Source: an uncultured Thermoleophilaceae bacterium | Lineage (GTDB): Bacteria > Actinomycetota > Thermoleophilia > Solirubrobacterales > Thermoleophilaceae | Reading direction: 5' to 3' | Length of the DNA stretch: 64,000 nt | Assembly (NCBI GenBank): GCA_963728495.1 | Contig: CAVSKI010000006.1 | Span: 104,489 to 168,488, forward strand | In this document: positions 62,847 through 64,000 of the stretch, in pieces | How the letters are laid out: the number at the start of each line of letters is the position of its first letter | Numbering within the stretch: the first letter of the stretch is position 1 | Position numbers and translations under genes: made by a program | The notes under the pieces: generated by a model | Seen by the model: only the letters and a program-made list of their open reading frames with translations | Told to the model about the DNA's origin: nothing | Database searches by the model: none

Positions 62847-63769
62847 CTGATCAGCCACGACCCCTCGCCGGCAAGGTCGCGTTGGTGGCCGGCGCGACCC
62901 GAGGCGCCGGACGCGGTACAGCCGTCGCGCTCGGCGAGGCGGGCGCCACCGTGTACTGCACCGGACGAAGCACCCGCGGGCAGCGCTCGGAGTACGACCG
63001 GCCGGAGACGATCGAGGAAACCGCCGATCTCGTCGATGCCGCCGGCGGCGAGGGAATCGCGGTCGCAGTCGACCACCTCGTGCCGGGGCAGGTCGAGGCG
63101 CTGGTGCGGCGCATCGACGCCGAGCGCGAGCGCCTCGACGTGCTGGTCAACGACATCTGGGGCGGCGAGCTGCTCTTCGAATGGGACACGCCGGTGTGGG
63201 AGCACGACCTCGAGAAGGGACTTCGGCTGCTGCGCCTCGCGATCGACACCCACCTGATCACCAGCCACTTCGCGCTGGCCCTGCTCATCCGCCGGCCGGG
63301 CGGTCTGGTCGTGGAGATGACCGACGGCACCCGTGAATACAACGCCGAGCACTACCGGCTGTCGGCCTTCTACGACCTGGCCAAGACGGCGGCCATCCGG
63401 CTCGCGTTCGCGCAGAGCAAGGAGCTCGCCCCGCACGATTGCAGTGCCATCGCGCTGACCCCGGGCTGGATGCGCTCGGAGATGATGCTCGAAAACTACG
63501 GGGTCACCGAAGCCAACTGGCGCGACGGGGCAGCGGTGAATCCGCACTTCGCGGCGATCTCCGAGAGCCCCCGGTTCGTGGGCAGGGCGGTGGCCGCCCT
63601 CGCCGCCGATCCCGAGCTCCAACGCCGTAGCGGGGGCTCGTTCTCCTCCGGCGGCCTCGCCCGCGAGTACGGCTTCAGCGACCTCGACGGCTCCCGCCCC
63701 GACTGCTGGCGCTACCTGGTTGAGGTCCAGGATCCCGGCCTGGAGGCAGACCCGACCGGCTACCGCTAG
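62843..63769 (+). CDS. SDR-family oxidoreductase
   Basis: LAGKVALVAGATRGAGRG, with a 4-nt overlap with the transporter gene. Confidence 0.85.
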   Translation: MTDQPRPLAGKVALVAGATRGAGRGTAVALGEAGATVYCTGRSTRGQRSEYDRPETIEETADLVDAAGGEGIAVAVDHLVPGQVEALVRRIDAERERLDVLVNDIWGGELLFEWDTPVWEHDLEKGLRLLRLAIDTHLITSHFALALLIRRPGGLVVEMTDGTREYNAEHYRLSAFYDLAKTAAIRLAFAQSKELAPHDCSAIALTPGWMRSEMMLENYGVTEANWRDGAAVNPHFAAISESPRFVGRAVAALAADPELQRRSGGSFSSGGLAREYGFSDLDGSRPDCWRYLVEVQDPGLEADPTGYR

Positions 63770-63945
63770 ATGACCGATTCCAAACCCCCGCACCCGCGGA
63801 TGACACGCCATACCGGCGCTGGTTCGCCACCCACGTCCTCGCCGATAGTGCTGGACTATCGGCTTCGTCCGCGTGCGGCGCCCAGCTTGGTCTGGCGTGC
63901 CCCCGCGGGCACGCGGATTCGGAACCAATCATCTAGTTTGCGCCC

Positions 63946-64000
63946 ATGGCTCTGCTAAAGCCCGACCCCACGTTCTACGCGTCCCCCGGCGAGGCCAAGC
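63946..64000 (+). CDS. 5' end of a selenium-binding-protein (SBP56)-like gene, cut by the window edge
   Basis: MALLKPDPTFYASPGEAK resembles the conserved SBP56 N-terminus (DPTFY.SP.EA). Only 18 codons are visible. Confidence 0.45.
   Translation, partial: MALLKPDPTFYASPGEAK

Noticed and set aside
63821-63844. Possible attR for tRNA-Ser
   Set aside because: It matches the tRNA 3' end at only 15/24 positions in a GC-rich background, which is too weak to call a repeat. It is kept only as a note in a low-interest finding.
1-64000. CRISPR arrays, rRNA genes, IS elements or transposases
   Set aside because: No regularly spaced direct repeats, no rRNA-like conserved blocks, and no DDE or serine/tyrosine recombinase motifs were seen in any frame.

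Overview
This is a 64-kb, roughly 70% G+C, actinobacterial-style chromosomal segment. It shows frequent GTG/TTG starts, many ATGA/GTGA/TAATG stop-start overlaps, and long Arg/Ala/Pro-rich shadow ORFs antisense to real genes. I call about 65 protein-coding genes or gene remnants and two tRNAs (Val-CAC 1711-1782, Ser-GGA 57337-57425). There is no rRNA, no CRISPR array, and no intact integrase or transposase. Gene content is regulator-rich: two LuxR-type regulators (one a large ATPase LAL type), two ECF sigma factors, ArsR, HxlR, LysR, and HutC- and FadR-type GntR. It also carries envelope functions (L,D-transpeptidase, NlpC/P60 peptidase, an MBOAT + 3 SGNH O-acylation cluster) and small catabolic modules. 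The catabolic modules are a gamma-glutamylation cluster (GS-like ligase, two C26 hydrolases, ALDH, SDR), a kinase + DMGDH-like dehydrogenase pair, and flavin monooxygenases. The main observations are: (1) an exact 46-bp duplicate of the tRNA-Val 3' half brackets a 5.6-kb integrase-less, decaying insert, which carries an L,D-transpeptidase translationally coupled to a membrane-anchored ParA-like ATPase. (2) A single-polypeptide ECF sigma/ZAS anti-sigma fusion sits back-to-back with a secreted Cys-repeat protein, and both genes are preceded by GAAC-N16-CGTT motifs. (3) A three-gene unit contains a Pro-rich anchor protein, a transmembrane pseudokinase, and a GTGA-coupled orphan circularly permuted ATP-grasp. 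(4) Clear operators are visible: a perfect 25-bp Zur-like palindrome and a dre-like GntR box. (5) A 174-nt inverted-repeat element abuts tRNA-Ser. (6) About 15 frame disruptions occur, clustered in a few genes. These could be assembly indels or real pseudogenisation, so every pseudogene or fusion call here carries that caveat. All functional calls rest on my recognition of motifs in the translated ORFs; no database search was run.
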